A DNA stretch of 64,000 bases from an uncultured Clostridiaceae bacterium (lineage in GTDB: Bacteria; Bacillota; Clostridia; Lutisporales; Lutisporaceae), in assembly GCA_964468275.1 (NCBI GenBank), contig CAYXUX010000001.1:8597-72596 (forward strand), in the 5' to 3' direction. How positions within the stretch are numbered: the first letter of the stretch is position 1; each line of letters starts with the position of its first letter. The notes under the pieces were generated by a model. That model did no database searches. It saw only the letters and a program-made list of their open reading frames with translations, and had not been told where the DNA came from. This document shows, in pieces, positions 61,021 to 64,000 of this stretch. The position numbers were made by a program, and so were the translations under genes.

Positions 61021-61180
61021 ATTACAGTTCATATATTGTATAGTTTTGTATTTTTCTATTGCAGATTATAATATTCGCTAAAGATTATGTAACGGAAAAG
61101 CTTAGAGTCATACAGATTGCTAACCTTGTAACCAGGCAATCATAACAAAAATAGAAATCTGTACTAAGGATACAGTTAAG
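61021..61180 (-). repeat. Copy V of the intergenic repeat (composite, inverted relative to Y)
   Basis: 61089-61148 (GTAACGGAAAAGCTTAGAGTCATACAGATTGCTAACCTTGTAACCAGGCAATCATAACAA) aligns with the reverse complement of 22331-22378. ATTACAGTTC (61021-30) and TAAAGATT (61079-86) echo the ends of copy X. Confidence 0.4.
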
Positions 61181-61276
61181 TATGTGCAGCAACAAAATGT
61201 TATACTTATTATAATACTTGTTGAAGAAAACTTGCATATAATATAGAATATATTTAAAAAGTGGAGGGGATATATA

Positions 61277-61627
61277 ATGCCTGGTAAAATTATGACTCAA
61301 TATGGAGAGATCTATATATCAGATGATGTATTAGCATCTTTGGCAGGTTTAGCAGCTATGGAATGTTACGGCATAGTTGGTATGGCATCAAAAAGTGCTA
61401 AAGATGGTATTGTTGAGCTTTTAAAAAGAGAAAATCTCAGTAGGGGTGTTAAAGTTTCTTCGGAAGCAGAAGAAATAATTATAGATTTATTTGTAATTGT
61501 GGAGTTTGGTACAAAAATTTCAGCTGTTGCTGATAATATAATCAGTAAAGTAAAATATACTTTAGAAAATTTAACAGGTTTAAAAGTAAAAAAAGTAAAT
61601 ATAAATGTACACGGAGTTAGAGTATAG
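61277..61627 (+). CDS. Asp23/Gls24 family envelope stress protein
   Basis: ISDDVLASLAGLAAMECYGIVGM and C-terminal NINVHGVRV. Same position as yloU in Bacillus. Confidence 0.85.
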   Translation: MPGKIMTQYGEIYISDDVLASLAGLAAMECYGIVGMASKSAKDGIVELLKRENLSRGVKVSSEAEEIIIDLFVIVEFGTKISAVADNIISKVKYTLENLTGLKVKKVNINVHGVRV

Positions 61628-61649
61628 TCATATTAAGGAGGTTCGCAAT

Positions 61650-63281
61650 TTGTTAAAACAGCATATGAAAACCGTTAATGGCAAGGACTTGAAAAACATG
61701 TTTATTTCAGGTGCCAATAATTTAGAGAATAATAAAGACTTGGTTAATCAATTAAATGTATTTCCCGTTCCTGATGGAGATACCGGTACAAATATGTCGT
61801 TAACTATGAACTCAGCTGTGAGAGAAATAAATAATTCAGAAGAAAATAGCGTTAATACAATAGCAGAGCTGGCGGCTAATGGCTCTCTAATGGGAGCTAG
61901 GGGCAATTCGGGAGTAATATTATCTCAAATACTAAGAGGTATTTCAAAGGCGTTAAAGAACGAAAAGGAGATGAACTGCCTTTTATTAGCAAATGCATTG
62001 ATGGAAGGTTCCCATACTGCATATAAAGCTGTAATGAAGCCTACAGAGGGTACTATTCTAACAGTTATTCGAGAAAGTGCCGAACATGGACTGGAAATTG
62101 CCAGACAAAGTTCAGATTTAGTTTATCTATTTGGTGAAGTAGTTAACCAAGCAAATTTAACTTTGGATAAAACACCGGAGATGTTGCCGGTTTTAAGACA
62201 GGCTAACGTTGTTGATGCCGGTGGCAAGGGATTACTGGATATATTAAATGGTATGTTATACTACCTTACCACTAAAAAAGTAATCGAAGTTGCGGGGAAA
62301 CAAATTGAAGCTGTGCCAACTAATGAAAAGTTGTCATTTGAAGAAGAAGAGATTAAATTTGGTTACTGCACGGAATTTTTTATAAAAGGTAAAGGAATGA
62401 ATCTTGAACTTTATAAAAAGGAAATAATGAATATGGGCGATTCCTTAATTGTAGTCGGGGATGAGAATCTTATTAAAGTTCATATCCATACAAATAATCC
62501 GGGACAAGTTATTGAAAAAGGAATTGAGTTTGGATATTTATCAAGTATAAAAATAGACAATATGAGAGAACAACATCAAGAACTATTGATAAATGAAGAA
62601 GATAAATCTGAAAGCATAAAAAATAAAAAGTATGGAGTCGTTGCGGTTGCAATAGGTACTGGGATTTCAAATATTTTTAAGGATCTGGGTGCGGATGAGG
62701 TTATTGAAGGTGGACAAACTATGAATCCCAGTACAGAGGATATTTTTAGAAGTGTGCAAAAAGTAAAAGCGGATAACATTGTGATACTTCCGAATAATAG
62801 CAATGTGATACTAGCAGCGAGCCAAGTTAAGCATCTTACGGATAAGAATATAATCGTCGCAAAAACAAAGACCATACCTCAAGGTATAGCAGCAGTTATG
62901 GCTGTTGATTCGGATAAAATCCCCGAAGAGAATGAAAAGAAAATTGAGCGTGCCATAAATGATATTAAAACCGGACTTATTACTTATGCGGTCAGGGATT
63001 CTAATTATAATGGATTAGAAATAGAGGAAGGCAATATAATTGGAATGATTGACAATGAAATCAGTTCCTATGGTGAAAACACATCACAAGTTGTAGATGA
63101 ACTTATTGGTATAATGGTGGATGACAACTCTTCTCTTATAACAATTTATTATGGTGAAGATATTGTTCAGAGTGAAGCAGAACAGCTTGCAAAACATTTG
63201 CAAAGTAAATATTCAAGCTGCGATGTAGAAATGCATTATGGAGGGCAACCTTTATATTATTATATTTTGTCCGTTGAATAG
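61650..63281 (+). CDS. yloV: DAK2 domain-containing protein YloV
   Basis: LNVFPVPDGDTGTNM and GNSGVILSQ Dak2 motifs plus a DegV-like C-terminal half. TTG 61650 lies 8 nt after AAGGAGG; ATG 61665 is the alternative start. Confidence 0.85.
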   Translation: MLKQHMKTVNGKDLKNMFISGANNLENNKDLVNQLNVFPVPDGDTGTNMSLTMNSAVREINNSEENSVNTIAELAANGSLMGARGNSGVILSQILRGISKALKNEKEMNCLLLANALMEGSHTAYKAVMKPTEGTILTVIRESAEHGLEIARQSSDLVYLFGEVVNQANLTLDKTPEMLPVLRQANVVDAGGKGLLDILNGMLYYLTTKKVIEVAGKQIEAVPTNEKLSFEEEEIKFGYCTEFFIKGKGMNLELYKKEIMNMGDSLIVVGDENLIKVHIHTNNPGQVIEKGIEFGYLSSIKIDNMREQHQELLINEEDKSESIKNKKYGVVAVAIGTGISNIFKDLGADEVIEGGQTMNPSTEDIFRSVQKVKADNIVILPNNSNVILAASQVKHLTDKNIIVAKTKTIPQGIAAVMAVDSDKIPEENEKKIERAINDIKTGLITYAVRDSNYNGLEIEEGNIIGMIDNEISSYGENTSQVVDELIGIMVDDNSSLITIYYGEDIVQSEAEQLAKHLQSKYSSCDVEMHYGGQPLYYYILSVE

Positions 63282-63299
63282 ATAACAAAGGGTGTTTGG

Positions 63300-64000
63300 A
63301 TGAATTGCTTATCAGATAGCGTTCAGGTATTAAAAGGGATAGGTGCACATAAAGCAAAATTGCTAGCAAATTTAAATATTTATACTATTAAAGATATTCT
63401 TTATTATTTTCCTAAAGAATATAGGGATAAGAGTACTTTGGTGAAAATTAAGGATATTAAACCGGGCTATATTTATAATTTTATTGGCATAGTAAATTCA
63501 AGACCAATTGAGACAAGGAGTAGAAAAGGTTTACTTATAACAAAGTATTCTATATGTGATGATACAGGTGAAATTGAAATTATTTTTTATAACAACAGGT
63601 TTGCTAGGTCATTGTTTAGATTAGATGAAAAAGTTGTATTCTCCGGAAAATCAGTGTTTATAAATAATAGAATTTCAGTAGAAGTCCCGGAATATGAAAA
63701 ATTGAATAAAATTAGCATACATTCTTTAAGGATAGTGCCGGAATACTCCCTTACAAAAGGAATAAGTCATAAGGAAATGAGAAATATAGTTTATAAAGCA
63801 CTTGCTTTTGTTGACAATAAACTTGTTGATGTATTTCCGGATGATTTTAGAAAGAGATATAATCTTGCGGAAATAAATTATTCATTAAACAATATCCATT
63901 TCCCAGAAACTTTTTTTGATTTAGACTCATCTAAAAGAAGGCTTAAATTTGAAGAAATATTTATGCTGCAATCAGCTTTTTTATATATAAAAGGGTCGAA
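63300..64000 (+). CDS. recG: ATP-dependent DNA helicase RecG, N-terminal part (runs off the window end)
   Basis: My translation from ATG 63300, MNCLSDSVQVLKGIGAHKAKLLANLNIYTIKDILYYFPKEYRDKS..., stays open to base 64000. This is the RecG wedge-domain N-terminus, and the position after yloV matches Bacillus. Confidence 0.88.
   Translation, partial: MNCLSDSVQVLKGIGAHKAKLLANLNIYTIKDILYYFPKEYRDKSTLVKIKDIKPGYIYNFIGIVNSRPIETRSRKGLLITKYSICDDTGEIEIIFYNNRFARSLFRLDEKVVFSGKSVFINNRISVEVPEYEKLNKISIHSLRIVPEYSLTKGISHKEMRNIVYKALAFVDNKLVDVFPDDFRKRYNLAEINYSLNNIHFPETFFDLDSSKRRLKFEEIFMLQSAFLYIKGS

Overview
AT-rich, almost entirely plus-strand-coded core chromosome of a spore-forming low-GC Firmicute. Gene order is Clostridia-like and also syntenic with the B. 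subtilis dcw, spoIIG, ylm and ylo regions. In order: the 3' end of V-ATPase subunit D and lgt. A full dcw cluster follows (mraZ, rsmH, ftsL-like, class B PBP, murE, murF, mraY, murD, ftsW/spoVE, murG, murA, ftsQ, two DUF881 genes, sbp, ftsZ) with no ftsA at the locus. Then spoIIGA-sigE-sigG, ylmC, nrdR, a DUF512 radical-SAM/PDZ protein, der-plsY-gpsA, spoIVA, a GNAT gene and a lone minus-strand tRNA-Pro(GGG). Then a HlyD-like membrane protein, yggS-sepF-yggT-divIVA, a small membrane protein, lspA-rluD, and a PyrR attenuator with pyrR-pyrC-pyrF-pyrK-pyrD and a decayed pyrE. Then an NSS-family transporter, rqcH (minus), and yicC-remA-gmk-rpoZ-coaBC-priA-def-fmt-Zn peptidase-rsmB-rlmN-stp-prkC-rsgA-rpe-thiN. 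Finally two unlisted small membrane ORFs, an isochorismatase-family hydrolase, rpmB (minus), asp23-yloV and the start of recG. I saw no rRNA, CRISPR array, transposase, phage gene or recognisable defence/toxin module, and found no convincing new multi-gene system; this is an ordinary housekeeping region. The most unusual signal is a family of short, GC-enriched, hairpin-forming intergenic repeats with at least five related copies or fragments. One copy has terminal inverted repeats and an 8-bp flanking duplication, and two inverted copies bracket the GNAT gene next to the tRNA. Secondary observations are a multiply disrupted pyrE, a probable AUU-initiated DUF881 gene, a 10-bp-periodic MraZ-box-like array, two small membrane ORFs below the ORF-track cutoff, and several palindromes. 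Many ORF-track starts looked too far upstream and were re-set to the start codon with a Shine-Dalgarno sequence.
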